Of a stretch of DNA of 64,000 nucleotides, positions 41,700-51,686 are shown piece by piece (positions within the stretch are counted from its first letter, which is position 1; each line of letters opens with the position of its first letter). Source of the stretch: an uncultured Methanoregulaceae archaeon (GTDB taxonomy: Archaea; Halobacteriota; Methanomicrobia; Methanomicrobiales; Methanospirillaceae); contig CAVTTL010000001.1 of assembly GCA_963737635.1 (NCBI GenBank), positions 1,216,001-1,280,000 on the forward strand, written 5' to 3'. The position numbers were made by a program, and so were the translations under genes. The notes below the pieces were generated by a model. The model had not been told where the DNA came from. It saw only the letters and a list, made by a program, of their open reading frames with translations, and searched no databases.

Positions 41700-42205
41700 A
41701 AGCCGATATGGGAGTATCCCTGCCGTACCTGTCTGTGAGACACATATGGCACCGGCGGAAATCATGCCCGAGACGACACCGGGAATGGTTTTGCCGTGGG
41801 TATTTCCCGATTGGTGACCTCCTCGTCTACGAGGAGGGTCCCGAGAAGGAGTTGTGATCCGTCACAACGGGCTGACAGAGTTGGATCTGACCGTGACGTA
41901 CAGGTGGACGTTTCCGTAACGGCCTGTTCCCCTGACTGATATCAGGGGATGCGTCAATGTCAGGGTCTTCTTTCGCGAGAAAAACACCGGGAACTAACTG
42001 GAGTGCAGAATATCTTCATTCCCGCTCTCCGGGTTCCTGGCCGACCGGTTCACAGGCAAGGCATACCACCGCGATATGCGGATGGCATATGCGTCGTGCC
42101 GGTGACACCGGATCGCGTGTTGGCTTACCGGACAGGCAAGTGATAACACTTCAGTCTCGGATTCATCTCTCTAGTTCGTGTCAAGTATAACCCAAAACAC
42201 GAATG
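41700..42205 (+). ncRNA. Candidate large structured RNA / 5' leader of the rpl3 operon
   Basis: No credible ORF; roughly ten helices found by eye plus end-to-end pairing 41728-41743 with 42117-42136. Confidence 0.6.
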
Positions 42206-42223
42206 CAAAGGAATGATTGACAC

Positions 42224-43237
42224 ATGCCAAAAATAAACAGACCACGCCGAGGCTCACTGGCGTTCAGCCCACGAAAACGTGCACAGAGCCCCATACCCAA
42301 ATACAAGTCTTGGCCACAGCGCACCGGCGCACCCGCGCTGCTGGGCTTCGCCGGCTACAAAGTGGGGATGACGCATGTCCTTATGGTCGATGACCACAAG
42401 GACAGCCCGACAGAGGGCAAAGAGATCATGGTACCGGTTACGATCATTGAAATCCCAACCATGAAAGTTGCTGCCATACGGGCATATTCGCAGGATACCT
42501 ACGGCCGACACGCATTGACTGAGATCTGGGCAGAGCCGTTGGATGAACAGCTTTCCCGCCGTGTAACCATGCCTAAGAATTACGACAGTACAGCTGCGAA
42601 GAAGAAATGTGCAGATGCGCTGGCAGCAGGGCTGGTGGCCGAGATCTACGCGCTTGCATACACCCAACCGGCAACTATGAGCGGTGTACCAAAGAAGGTG
42701 CCCGATCTCATGGAGATCAAGATATCTGGTGGGGATGTTGCAAAGCAGTACGAGTATGCTCTTGGGCTGCTCGGAAACGAAGCCCGGCTCAACAATGTGA
42801 TAGAGATCGGCGCGTATGCTGATATCACGGCCATCACTATAGGTAAGGGCACACAGGGTCCGGTCAAGCGCTGGGGAGTCATGCTCCGCAAGAGAAAGCA
42901 CTCGGTTGGCGGAAAAGAGCGTCATGTCGGTACTCTTGGACCCTGGAATCCCCACCACGTCCGCTGGGAAGTTCCCCAGAGCGGCCAGATGGGTTACCAG
43001 CAGCGCACCGAGTTCAACAAGCGCATTTTAAAGATCGGTGAAAACGGTGCGGAGATCACGCCGGCAGGAGGCTTCCTTAACTACGGCGTTGTCAGGAACG
43101 CGTATGTCGTTATCAAGGGGTCCATCCCCGGTCCGGCAAAGCGTCTTATCCGTATACGCCCGGCAATTCGTCAGGGAGAACATGTTATTCGCGCGCCCGC
43201 GATCCAGTTTGTGAGCGTCCAGAGCAAACAGGGGTGA
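42224..43237 (+). CDS. rpl3: 50S ribosomal protein uL3
   Basis: [32 protein letters not shown]. Confidence 0.98.
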   Translation: MPKINRPRRGSLAFSPRKRAQSPIPKYKSWPQRTGAPALLGFAGYKVGMTHVLMVDDHKDSPTEGKEIMVPVTIIEIPTMKVAAIRAYSQDTYGRHALTEIWAEPLDEQLSRRVTMPKNYDSTAAKKKCADALAAGLVAEIYALAYTQPATMSGVPKKVPDLMEIKISGGDVAKQYEYALGLLGNEARLNNVIEIGAYADITAITIGKGTQGPVKRWGVMLRKRKHSVGGKERHVGTLGPWNPHHVRWEVPQSGQMGYQQRTEFNKRILKIGENGAEITPAGGFLNYGVVRNAYVVIKGSIPGPAKRLIRIRPAIRQGEHVIRAPAIQFVSVQSKQG

Positions 43238-43244
43238 TCAAGAG

Positions 43245-43991
43245 ATGAAAGCACAGGTTAAGACAATCGAAGGCGGCGTGGCAAAGGATATCGAACTCCC
43301 GGCCATGTTTTCCGAGGAATACCGCCCGGACCTGATCAAGAAGGCAGTGATGGCACTCCAGAGCACCCGGCGCCAGCCGCATGGTTCGTACCCGTTTGCC
43401 GGTATCTGTTCCTCCGCGGTCGGGTGGGGAAGTGGCAGGGGTGCATCGCATGTCCCCCGTCTCAAGAATGGTTCCCGTGCAGCTAAAGTCCCGCAGGCAA
43501 AAGGCGGGCGAGAAGCACATCCGCCGGTTACCGCAAAGGTGCTGATAAAAGAGATCAACACAAAAGAAAAACAGAAAGCATTCCGATCTGCTGTTGCAGC
43601 AAGCATCCGTGCTGATCTCATAAGCAGCCGGGGACATACGTTTGAAGGAAATGTTCCCCTGATCTTTGAGGACAAGTTCGAGACCCTCGGACGAACGCAG
43701 GATGTCATCTCCGCACTGACGAACCTCGGCGTATACAGCGATGTCGAGCGTGCAAAAGACAGCCGCAAGGTTCGAGCAGGCAGGGGCAAGCTTCGTGGTC
43801 GCAGGTACAGGCAGAGGAAGAGTCTGCTTATTGTTACCTCTGGCCCCGAGTTCCGCGCTGCCCGCAATCTTGCTGGAGTGGATGTTGTGACTGTCGACCA
43901 GCTCAATGTCGAGCACCTCGCTCCGGGCACGCAGGCAGGTCGCCTGACTGTCTGGACCGAAAGTGCCGTCACACGACTGGAGGGAAGGTAA
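43245..43991 (+). CDS. rpl4: 50S ribosomal protein uL4
   Basis: RPDLIKKAV, WGSGRG, RAGRGKLRGR, LAPG..GRLT. Confidence 0.98.
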   Translation: MKAQVKTIEGGVAKDIELPAMFSEEYRPDLIKKAVMALQSTRRQPHGSYPFAGICSSAVGWGSGRGASHVPRLKNGSRAAKVPQAKGGREAHPPVTAKVLIKEINTKEKQKAFRSAVAASIRADLISSRGHTFEGNVPLIFEDKFETLGRTQDVISALTNLGVYSDVERAKDSRKVRAGRGKLRGRRYRQRKSLLIVTSGPEFRAARNLAGVDVVTVDQLNVEHLAPGTQAGRLTVWTESAVTRLEGR

Positions 43992-44243
43992 ATGTCTATC
44001 TTAAAATACCCGTTTGTCACAGAAAAGGCCATGGTGCTTCTGGAAAACGAGAACAAACTCCAGTTCATTGTCGATAATAAGGCCACCAAACATGACATCA
44101 AGCGCGGGATCGAGAAGGCATTTGACCAGAAGGTAAAGCACGTCTGCACGCTTATGTCCATGCACGGCGAGAAGAAGGCCGTTGTGAGTTTCGAGAACGA
44201 AAAGGCCGCTGAGGAGATCCTGAGCCGGCTTGGCATTATGTAG
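43992..44243 (+). CDS. rpl23: 50S ribosomal protein uL23
   Basis: PFVTEKA, NKLQFIV, GEKKA. Confidence 0.97.
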   Translation: MSILKYPFVTEKAMVLLENENKLQFIVDNKATKHDIKRGIEKAFDQKVKHVCTLMSMHGEKKAVVSFENEKAAEEILSRLGIM

Positions 44244-44252
44244 GTGGGAAAC

Positions 44253-44969
44253 ATGGGACATCGAATTACTACACAGAACCGGGGCAGGGGAGGCCCGACC
44301 TATCGCGCCCCATCCCACCGGTATAAGGCTGAGTTGAAGCATATCGGAGACAGCACAAAGAAGATCACCGGCGCGATCATCGATATCGAGCACGACCCAG
44401 CGAGAAACGCCCCAATAGCCCTTGTGCAGCTTGAGGACGGTTCCAAGGTTTATATGCTGGTAACCGAAGGAATCGGTATCGGCGAGACCGTTGCCTGGGG
44501 AGTTGATGTCGAAGTCAAGAACGGGAACACACTCCCCCTCCAGAGCATCCCGACCGGGGCCTTCATCTGCAACATCGAATCACGCCCCAATGACGGCGGC
44601 AAGTTCGTTCGTTCAAGCGGGGTCCAGGCTGTTGTCGTCGACAAGATCGGCGAGCGTGTCGGTGTCAGGATGCCAAGTGGCAAGACCAAGTGGTTCAACG
44701 CGCGTTGCCGTGCCACCATTGGCATCGTCGCCGGTGGGGGACGCGTAGAAAAGCCGTTTGTAAAAGCCGGCAATAAATCCCATAAGATGAAGAACACCGC
44801 GTCCAACTGGCCGCGTGTCCGTGGTGTTGCCATGAACGTCATTGATCATCCGTTCGGCGGCGGTGGCCACCAACACACGGGTCGCCCCAAGACCATTGCC
44901 CGGGGTACATCTCCCGGCAGGACAGTCGGACATGTGGCAGCACGCCAGACAGGTAAGAGCAGGAAGTGA
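44253..44969 (+). CDS. rpl2: 50S ribosomal protein uL2
   Basis: HDPAR, WPRVRGVAMN, DHPFGGG. Confidence 0.98.
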   Translation: MGHRITTQNRGRGGPTYRAPSHRYKAELKHIGDSTKKITGAIIDIEHDPARNAPIALVQLEDGSKVYMLVTEGIGIGETVAWGVDVEVKNGNTLPLQSIPTGAFICNIESRPNDGGKFVRSSGVQAVVVDKIGERVGVRMPSGKTKWFNARCRATIGIVAGGGRVEKPFVKAGNKSHKMKNTASNWPRVRGVAMNVIDHPFGGGGHQHTGRPKTIARGTSPGRTVGHVAARQTGKSRK

Positions 44970-44974
44970 ACGGT

Positions 44975-45394
44975 ATGGCAGCACCAAAAAAGACCCAAAA
45001 GAGAATGCCCAGAAGGCGTGAAGAGTTTACCTACCGTGGGTATAAGATTGACGAGCTCAAGGCGATGGGATTAAGCGAACTCATTCCCCTGATGCCAGCC
45101 CGTGCACGCCGCAAATTCAACCGCGGGCTCAACCGCGGCGAAGAGACGTTGCTTGCAAAGATCCGGGGTGGGGATGAGAAGGTCAGAACCCACCTACGTG
45201 AAATGATTGTTATGCCCGAGATGATTGGAAAGAGTATTGAGATTTACAACGGCAAGGAATTCCAGAAAGTCGAGTTCCAGCCGGAGGCAGTTTTCCACTA
45301 CCTCGGTGAATTTGCACTCACCAGAAAGAGGGTTACCCATGGTTCCGCCGGTATCGGTGCAACAAGGGGCAGTAAATACGTACCGCTGAAGTGA
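44975..45394 (+). CDS. rps19: 30S ribosomal protein uS19
   Basis: FTYRG, RTHLR, HYLGEF, GIGATRGS. Confidence 0.97.
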   Translation: MAAPKKTQKRMPRRREEFTYRGYKIDELKAMGLSELIPLMPARARRKFNRGLNRGEETLLAKIRGGDEKVRTHLREMIVMPEMIGKSIEIYNGKEFQKVEFQPEAVFHYLGEFALTRKRVTHGSAGIGATRGSKYVPLK

Positions 45395-45865
45395 TGGAAA
45401 TGGCACGCATTGCATATTCAAAGAAGATCGAAGGCGATAATATCGCCAGGGGTAAAGCAAACGAGCTTTCCGTCTCTCCAAAGCACTCGATCGAGATCGC
45501 GGATTTCATACGGCATCAGCGCGTCAACGACGCGCTCAGCTATCTTGCCGATGTCGTCGCGCTCAAGAAAGCCATCCCGTTCCGGCATTTTAACCGGAAT
45601 GTCGCGCACAAGCGCGGCCTCCCCGGCAACTGGGATGCAGGACGCTACCCGGTCAAGGCCTCCAAGGCTTATATCAGGATTCTCGAATCGATCAAGAAGA
45701 ACGCGGAATATACCGGGCTTGACACGGAAAATCTAGAGATTATCCATGTCTCGGCAAACCGCGGGCGCGCCCAAAAGGCATTTTTCCCGCGAGCTGATGG
45801 GACGTGCATCTCCTAAAGCCCGCGAAACCGTGAATATCGAGATTGTGGTTCGGGAAGTGGCATAA
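45394..45865 (+). CDS. rpl22: 50S ribosomal protein uL22; apparent frameshift near 45795
   Basis: VSPKHSIE, GRYPVKA, PRA then MGRASP...NIEIVVRE in the next frame. Confidence 0.95.
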
Positions 45866-45866
45866 C

Positions 45867-46562
45867 ATGGCCGTTGAAAGGAAATTTATTTCGGAAGGTG
45901 TCCGTAAAGCCCGTGTTGAGAAATACCTGACAAAAGAGCTCAAGCGCGCAGGGTTCGGCGGCATGGATATTGCCCGCACGCCCCTTGGGACACAGGTTAC
46001 CATCTTTGCAGAAAAGCCGGGTATTGTTATCGGCAAGGGCGGCAAGCTCGTCCACCAGCTGACACAGAACCTTGCCCAGAACTATGGCGTTGAGTCTCCG
46101 CAGATTGAGGTTCAGCAGGTTCAGAACCCCAGCTTCAACGCCCAAATCATGGCAGAGAGGCTGGCAAATGCGCTCGAACGTGGCTGGTATTTCAGAAAAG
46201 CAGGCTCCAGTATCCTGCGCCGGGTCATGGATTCCGGTGCACTGGGCTGCGAGGTTATCATTGCTGGCAAGTTGACTGGCGCACGTGCCCGTACCCAGAA
46301 GTTCACCGAAGGCTACATCAAGCATTGCGGTGAACCGAGCAACACTATCGTCGAGAAAGGCTATGCAATTGCCATCAAGAAACTCGGCGTGATTGGCGTG
46401 CAGGTAAAGATTGTGCCGGCCGATGCAAAGATGCCCGACCACTTTGCGATCATCGAACAGGTAAAGAAGCATCCAGCGCCCACAGCGACGGTCACCGCTA
46501 TCGGTGATGTTGATAACGATGAACCGGCCCTTCCTGACGAGAATATCGACGAAGAGGTGTAA
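45867..46562 (+). CDS. rps3: 30S ribosomal protein uS3
   Basis: RTPLGT, KPGIVIGKGG, GKLTGARAR, LGVIGVQV. Confidence 0.97.
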   Translation: MAVERKFISEGVRKARVEKYLTKELKRAGFGGMDIARTPLGTQVTIFAEKPGIVIGKGGKLVHQLTQNLAQNYGVESPQIEVQQVQNPSFNAQIMAERLANALERGWYFRKAGSSILRRVMDSGALGCEVIIAGKLTGARARTQKFTEGYIKHCGEPSNTIVEKGYAIAIKKLGVIGVQVKIVPADAKMPDHFAIIEQVKKHPAPTATVTAIGDVDNDEPALPDENIDEEV

Positions 46563-46565
46563 TAC

Positions 46566-46770
46566 ATGGCAATCTTACGGGCACATGACGTCGGGCAGCT
46601 CACCGATGTCGAACTTCAGGAACAGATGGACAAACTCCGGATGGAACTTGTCCAGCACTATGGAAAAGTCAGTGCCGGCGGCGCAACTGAGAACCCTGGG
46701 CATATCCGGGAACTCCGGCGGTACCGTAGCCCGCCTGATGACCGAGAAGAACCGCAGGAGCCGCGTATGA
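46566..46770 (+). CDS. rpl29: 50S ribosomal protein uL29; apparent frameshift near 46720
   Basis: MAILR..., GGATENPGHIRELR then TVARLMT in the next frame. Confidence 0.93.
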
Positions 46771-47033
46771 TCTCCTGCCAGAACGTTACGAGGCATGAAC
46801 TGATCGGCCTTGACGTTCTGGTAGCTGGAGCTGCAAACCCGTCTCACCGCGGGGTAAGCGGAAACATCATCGATGAGACAAGGAATCTCGTTGCTATAAA
46901 GACGCACGCCGGAATAAAGAAGGTCCCAAAAGCCGGGACCACGTTCCGGTTTTGTCTTCCAGACAACACCCTTGTTGAGATTAATGGTTCCGTACTAATA
47001 CTGGCTCCAGAAAAGAGGCTCAGGCGAGCATAA
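46767..47033 (+). CDS. rnp1: RNase P protein component 1 (aRpp29)
   Basis: RHELIGL, GNIIDETRN, VPK, PEKRL. Confidence 0.93.
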   Translation: MISCQNVTRHELIGLDVLVAGAANPSHRGVSGNIIDETRNLVAIKTHAGIKKVPKAGTTFRFCLPDNTLVEINGSVLILAPEKRLRRA

Positions 47034-47051
47034 ACAAGAGAGGATACCATA

Positions 47052-47378
47052 ATGGCACAAAACATTGGATTGAACGTCCAGGCCCCCGAACAGGAGTGCA
47101 AGGATGTTAATTGTCCGTTCCACGGCACTTTACCGGTACGCGGCCAGGTGATTACCGGTAAAGTCGTGAGCGACAAAATGATGGGTACGGTCGTAGTTGC
47201 CCGGGATTACCTGCACTACGTCCGGAAATATAACCGGTACGAGAAGCGCATCTCGAAGCTTCATGCCCACAACCCGCCCTGCATTCAGGCAAAGGTTGGA
47301 GATCTCGTGAAGATCGCTGAGTGCAGACCGCTGTCGAAGAGCACTACGTATGTCGTCGTCGAGGTGCAACAGCCATGA
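47052..47378 (+). CDS. rps17: 30S ribosomal protein uS17
   Basis: [23 protein letters not shown]. Confidence 0.97.
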   Translation: MAQNIGLNVQAPEQECKDVNCPFHGTLPVRGQVITGKVVSDKMMGTVVVARDYLHYVRKYNRYEKRISKLHAHNPPCIQAKVGDLVKIAECRPLSKSTTYVVVEVQQP

Positions 47379-47773
47379 AGGCAAAGCAGTCCAAGACGCC
47401 AAGAGCGCTTGCGACGGGAACTAAGCTGACCTGCGCCGATAATACCGGGGCACGCGTCGTGCAAATCGTCTCTGTCTTCGGCTACCATGGTGTGCGCCGG
47501 CGCCAGCCCAAGATGGGACTTGGCGACATCGCGACGGTAACCGTGAAGAAGGGGACACCTGATATGCGCAAGAAGCTGGTGCGGGCAGTAGTTATCCGCC
47601 AGAAAAAAGAGATGCGCCGCCCCAACGGGCTCCGTGTCTCCTTCGATGACAACGCGGTTGTCGTTGTTGATGAGAAGAACGAGCCAAAAGGGACCGAGAT
47701 CAAGGGACCTGTTGCCCGTGAAGTGGCAGAGCGGTACCCCGAGCTCGGCTCGATGGCGACGATCATTGTGTGA
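47375..47773 (+). CDS. rpl14: 50S ribosomal protein uL14
   Basis: [20 protein letters not shown]. Confidence 0.97.
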   Translation: MKAKQSKTPRALATGTKLTCADNTGARVVQIVSVFGYHGVRRRQPKMGLGDIATVTVKKGTPDMRKKLVRAVVIRQKKEMRRPNGLRVSFDDNAVVVVDEKNEPKGTEIKGPVAREVAERYPELGSMATIIV

Positions 47774-47784
47774 GGTGCTCGGGT

Positions 47785-48150
47785 ATGGTCAGAATTGAAA
47801 GTTCACAACCGCGCAAGCAGAGAAAAGCGCGATATGATGCACCTTCGCACATGAAGTCCAAGTTCCTCAGCGCGCCGCTCTCGGCAGCGCTCAGGGAAAC
47901 ATATGCGAAAAAGACGGTTCGGGTAATTAAGGGTGATACAGTCAAGGTCACCCGCGGCGATCACACCGGGGAAGAGGGACTCGTCGATGGGATCGACACC
48001 CGCAATGTGAAGCTCATCGTCCATGGTGTCTCGTCCACCAAGGTTGACGGCACCGAAGTCCCGCGCCCTGTTGATGCATCAAAAGTGGAGATCACCAAAC
48101 TCAAGCTCGATGACAAGCGCCGCGTCGAAAAACTCGGGGAGAAGGAATAA
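47785..48150 (+). CDS. rpl24: 50S ribosomal protein uL24
   Basis: SSQPRKQRK, GDTVKVTRG. Confidence 0.96.
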   Translation: MVRIESSQPRKQRKARYDAPSHMKSKFLSAPLSAALRETYAKKTVRVIKGDTVKVTRGDHTGEEGLVDGIDTRNVKLIVHGVSSTKVDGTEVPRPVDASKVEITKLKLDDKRRVEKLGEKE

Positions 48151-48874
48151 TGTCAGATCATCTTAAAAGGCTCAACGCGCCGGATTCGTGGCACATCACC
48201 AAGAAGACCACGAAGTTTGTTGCAAAGACGGCGCCCGGCCCACACAATGCAAATGCAATGCCTGTTGCTGTCTGGCTCAGGGATCAGCAGGGCCTTGCCC
48301 GCACCATGAAGGAAGTCAAGCAGATCCTCAAGCAGAAGGACGTCATCATCAACGGAAGGCCCTGCCGGGATCCCAAGATGGGGATCGGCATTTTCGACGT
48401 GATCGCTCTTCCCCGTGTTGGCAAGTACTACCGGATGCTCCGGGATCTCAAAGGCCGGCACAAGACCGTTGAGATCGATGCAGATGCGGCCCAGAAAAGG
48501 CTCACCAAGATCCAGAACAAGACGACTATTACCGGAGGTAAAGTCCAGTTAAATCTCCGGTACGGTGCAAACGTCATAGCTGACAACACCTACAAGTCAA
48601 ACGACTCCATCGTCATCTCCCTCAAGCCCGAAGACCGGTTCAAGATCCTTGAACACTACCCATTTGCCGCTGGCAACATGGCGACGATCATCGGGGGCCG
48701 ACATTCCGGTAAAGTAGCGCGGATCGTCGAGATCATCAAGACCTCTGGCAGCGTCCCCAACAAGATTATCCTTGAGGACGAAAAAACCCGGGAGCGGTTC
48801 GACACTATCACACCCTATGTCTACATGATTGGAAAAGAGACCGTATCAAAAGCGAGTGGGGGATTGAGCAGTGA
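48150..48874 (+). CDS. rps4e: 30S ribosomal protein eS4; apparent frameshift near 48850
   Basis: HLKRLNAP, PGPH, GGRHSG; plausible end SEWGIEQ-TGA overlaps the rpl5 GTG. Confidence 0.95.
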
Positions 48875-49377
48875 CCGCAATGCGCGATATCCACATCGAT
48901 AAGGTTGTGGTTCATATGGGCGTTGGCGAAAGTGGTGAAAAACTTGTCAAGGCCGAAAATATCATGAAGACGATCACTCACCAGACCCCGATCCGCAGCG
49001 TTGCAAAGATGACGCAGCCGGCGTTCTCCATCAGGAAAGGTGCACCGATCGGCTGCAAGGTCACGCTCCGGGGAAAACCGGCGGAAGACTTTATCAAAAC
49101 CGCCTTAACCATCGTGAACAAAACGGTCTTTGAGAGCCAGTTTGATAAGAGCGGAAACTTCTCATTCGGTGTCGAAGAGCACACGGATTTCCCCGGAATG
49201 TCCTATGATCCTCAGATCGGGATCTTCGGGATGGATATTAACGTCGTGCTCGAGAGAAACGGCATCAGGATTGCCCGCCGCAAAATGCAGCAGAAGAAGC
49301 TTCCCGAAAAACAGCGCGTTAAAAAGGAGGACGCAATTGCGTACCTCAGGAAAGAATATGCCGTGGAGGTGCGGTGA
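48871..49377 (+). CDS. rpl5: 50S ribosomal protein uL5
   Basis: [29 protein letters not shown]. Confidence 0.97.
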   Translation: MTAMRDIHIDKVVVHMGVGESGEKLVKAENIMKTITHQTPIRSVAKMTQPAFSIRKGAPIGCKVTLRGKPAEDFIKTALTIVNKTVFESQFDKSGNFSFGVEEHTDFPGMSYDPQIGIFGMDINVVLERNGIRIARRKMQQKKLPEKQRVKKEDAIAYLRKEYAVEVR

Positions 49378-49532
49378 TGGGTGGCGAAAGAAAGAAGATC
49401 TACGGTCGCGGCGCAAACGAGTGCAAGATGTGCGGGCGCAAGCAGGGGCTTGTCCGCCGGTACCATATCATGTTCTGCCGGCAATGCTTCCGTGAATGGG
49501 CACAGAAGATGGGCTTTAAGAAGATGAACTGA
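49377..49532 (+). CDS. rps14: 30S ribosomal protein uS14 (zinc type)
   Basis: Read by hand: [14 protein letters not shown]...CRQCFRE...GFKK; 51 aa. Confidence 0.96.
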   Translation: MGGERKKIYGRGANECKMCGRKQGLVRRYHIMFCRQCFREWAQKMGFKKMN

Positions 49533-49546
49533 GGAGTGACTGCACC

Positions 49547-49939
49547 ATGACACGATTAAATACTATTGCAGACGGGATGAGTGCGTTAAAGAACGCAGGT
49601 GACACCGGCAAGTCCGAGTGCATTATCGAACCCGCAAGTAAGCTCCTCGGCGCAATGCTGCGCATTATGCAGGACGCCGGTGACATTGCCGGTTTTGAGT
49701 TTATTGAGGATGGCCGCGGCGGTCAGCTCAAAGTGCATCTTACCGGGAAGATCAACAAATGCGGAGCGATATCACCGCGTTTCTCGGTCCAGCTGGCTGA
49801 GATGGAATACTGGGAGAAGCAGTACCTGCCCGGCAAGAACTTCGGGCTCATGATCCTTTCCACCTCACATGGCGTTATGTCGCATGTGCAGGCACGTAAC
49901 GAAGGCATCGGCGGAGAACTGCTCGGGTACGTCTACTAG
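49547..49939 (+). CDS. rps8: 30S ribosomal protein uS8
   Basis: [30 protein letters not shown]. Confidence 0.97.
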   Translation: MTRLNTIADGMSALKNAGDTGKSECIIEPASKLLGAMLRIMQDAGDIAGFEFIEDGRGGQLKVHLTGKINKCGAISPRFSVQLAEMEYWEKQYLPGKNFGLMILSTSHGVMSHVQARNEGIGGELLGYVY

Positions 49940-49951
49940 AGGGTGCGAATT

Positions 49952-50476
49952 ATGGCAAGCGTAAGAAAAGTCAGGATTCCCGATGGCGTCAAGGTGAAGC
50001 TTGAGGGAACGCAGCTCTCAGTCACGGGTCCAAAGGGCCAGCTCGTCCGCAGCGTCAGATTCCCACAGGTCAATGTGACCTGTGATGGCAAGGAAATTGT
50101 GATTGCGACCGAATCAAGCCGCAAAGAGATCAATGCGATGGTCGGGACGTATGAAGCACATGCCAAGAACATGTGCCGTGGCGTCACGGAAGGATTCGAA
50201 TACCGGATGAAGGTTGTCTACAGCCACTTTCCGATCCAGCTCAAGCTTCAGGGACAGCGGCTTGAGATTGCCAATTTCCTTGGCGAGAAAAAGGCCCGGT
50301 ACGCCGATATCGCTACCGGTGTCACCGCAAAGGTGGCAAACGACGAAGTGATCCTTACAGGTATCGACCGCGAACAAGTCGGAAATACTGCGGCAAATAT
50401 TGAACACGCCACCCATATCCGTTACCGGGACCCCCGGGTCTTTCAGGACGGTATATACATGGTACAGAGGGGCTGA
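49952..50476 (+). CDS. rpl6: 50S ribosomal protein uL6
   Basis: GPKG, YSHFP, NFLGEK, DPRVFQDGIY. Confidence 0.97.
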   Translation: MASVRKVRIPDGVKVKLEGTQLSVTGPKGQLVRSVRFPQVNVTCDGKEIVIATESSRKEINAMVGTYEAHAKNMCRGVTEGFEYRMKVVYSHFPIQLKLQGQRLEIANFLGEKKARYADIATGVTAKVANDEVILTGIDREQVGNTAANIEHATHIRYRDPRVFQDGIYMVQRG

Positions 50477-50484
50477 ACTGAGCA

Positions 50485-51240
50485 ATGACAACTGAAACCA
50501 AGCGACTGATCCGTGTGCGCACAGAGAAGGGTGCCGTCTTCAAGCGCGACGGGTTTGGCAAGAAGAGACAGCTCTCCGATTCATGGAGAAAGCCCCGCGG
50601 ACAGCACAACAAACAGCGGGAGCAGAAAAAGGCAAAGGGAAACCTCCCTAAGCCCGGCTTCGGCAGCCCGGTTGCGGTGCGCGGCATGCACCCCAGCGGG
50701 TTCTTTGAAGTGCTAGTGTTCACGGAAAAAGATCTCGAAAAACTTGACGCGAAGATCCAGGCGATCCGGATATCAGCCGGCGTCGGGGCACGCAAGCGCA
50801 AAATCCTTCAGGAGAAGGCTGTAGCGTCAGGTTTCAAGATCCTTAATACCCATGTGATCAAGGAGCGTGTTGCAGAAGAGGCCGAGACCTCCACCACGCC
50901 GGAAAAAGAGGCAAAGGCCAAGAAAGCCACAAAGGAAACTAAGAAAGAAGCACCGGCAAAGAAAACCGCCTCAAAGGCAGAAAATGCCAAAAAGAAAGGA
51001 ACAATGGAGAAAAAGCCGGTGAAAGCTGCCGCCTCCAAGTCCAAACCTGAATCTAAGGAAACCCCAAAGAAAGAAGAAAAAGCAGCAAAGCCAAAGGCAA
51101 AAAGCGCGGTAAAGGTTCCTGCACAGAAATCTGCTCCGGCAAAATCTGAAAAGAAACAGGCGGTAGCTGTTGAGAAACCCAAAGCAGAGAATGCCAAAGC
51201 AAAGAAAAAATCCTCATCCGGGGTGAAGAAGAATGACTGA
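50485..51240 (+). CDS. rpl32e: 50S ribosomal protein eL32 with ~125-aa Lys/Ala/Glu-rich C-terminal extension
   Basis: SWRKPRG, RGMHPSG, VGARKR, KILN, then low-complexity tail. Confidence 0.95.
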   Translation: MTTETKRLIRVRTEKGAVFKRDGFGKKRQLSDSWRKPRGQHNKQREQKKAKGNLPKPGFGSPVAVRGMHPSGFFEVLVFTEKDLEKLDAKIQAIRISAGVGARKRKILQEKAVASGFKILNTHVIKERVAEEAETSTTPEKEAKAKKATKETKKEAPAKKTASKAENAKKKGTMEKKPVKAAASKSKPESKETPKKEEKAAKPKAKSAVKVPAQKSAPAKSEKKQAVAVEKPKAENAKAKKKSSSGVKKND

Positions 51241-51685
51241 TGTCGCCATCCAGAGACGGATCGCTGCATCGATCTTAAAGTGCGGTGTCAACCGTGTCTG
51301 GTTCGATCCCGAACGCCTTTCTGACATCGAGAACGCCATCTCCCGCGAGGACCTGCGCGGACTTATCACTGACGGTGCGATCAAGGCACACCAGAAGAAA
51401 GGGGTAAGCCGCGGCCGGGCACGCGTGCGCACCGCGCAGCGGGCGTATGGTCACCGCAAGGGTGTAGGGAAACGGAAAGGCGCTCTTGGCGCGCGAACAC
51501 CGAGCAAGCGGGCATGGATCCAGAAGATCCGCGCGATCAGAAAAGCCTTGGTCGCGCTCCGTGAGGCAGGTACTATTGACCGGCATCTTTACCGGGTTAT
51601 TTACCGTAAAGCGGCCGGTGGGCAGTTCCGGAGTGTCGCACATATGAAAGCACAGATGGAAATCATTGCCGGGAGGATGAAGTAA
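51233..51685 (+). CDS. rpl19e: 50S ribosomal protein eL19
   Basis: QRRIAA, RVWFDP, KRKG..GAR, WIQKIR. Confidence 0.97.
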   Translation: MTDVAIQRRIAASILKCGVNRVWFDPERLSDIENAISREDLRGLITDGAIKAHQKKGVSRGRARVRTAQRAYGHRKGVGKRKGALGARTPSKRAWIQKIRAIRKALVALREAGTIDRHLYRVIYRKAAGGQFRSVAHMKAQMEIIAGRMK

Positions 51686-51686
51686 C

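Noticed and set aside
41949-42190. Short ORFs of 64 and 77 aa upstream of rpl3
   Set aside because: No clear RBS, no recognisable motif, and they overlap each other; RNA structure explains the sequence better.
41700-42205. RNase P RNA as the identity of the structured region
   Set aside because: GGCTTA and GAGTGCAGAA are present, but the P4 consensus GAGGAAAGUCC and the ACAGAA..GGCUUA context are missing on both strands.
46566-47033. uL29-Rpp29 fusion suggested by the ORF track
   Set aside because: Artefact of a one-base insertion near 46720; the normal ATGA overlap is present at 46767-46770.
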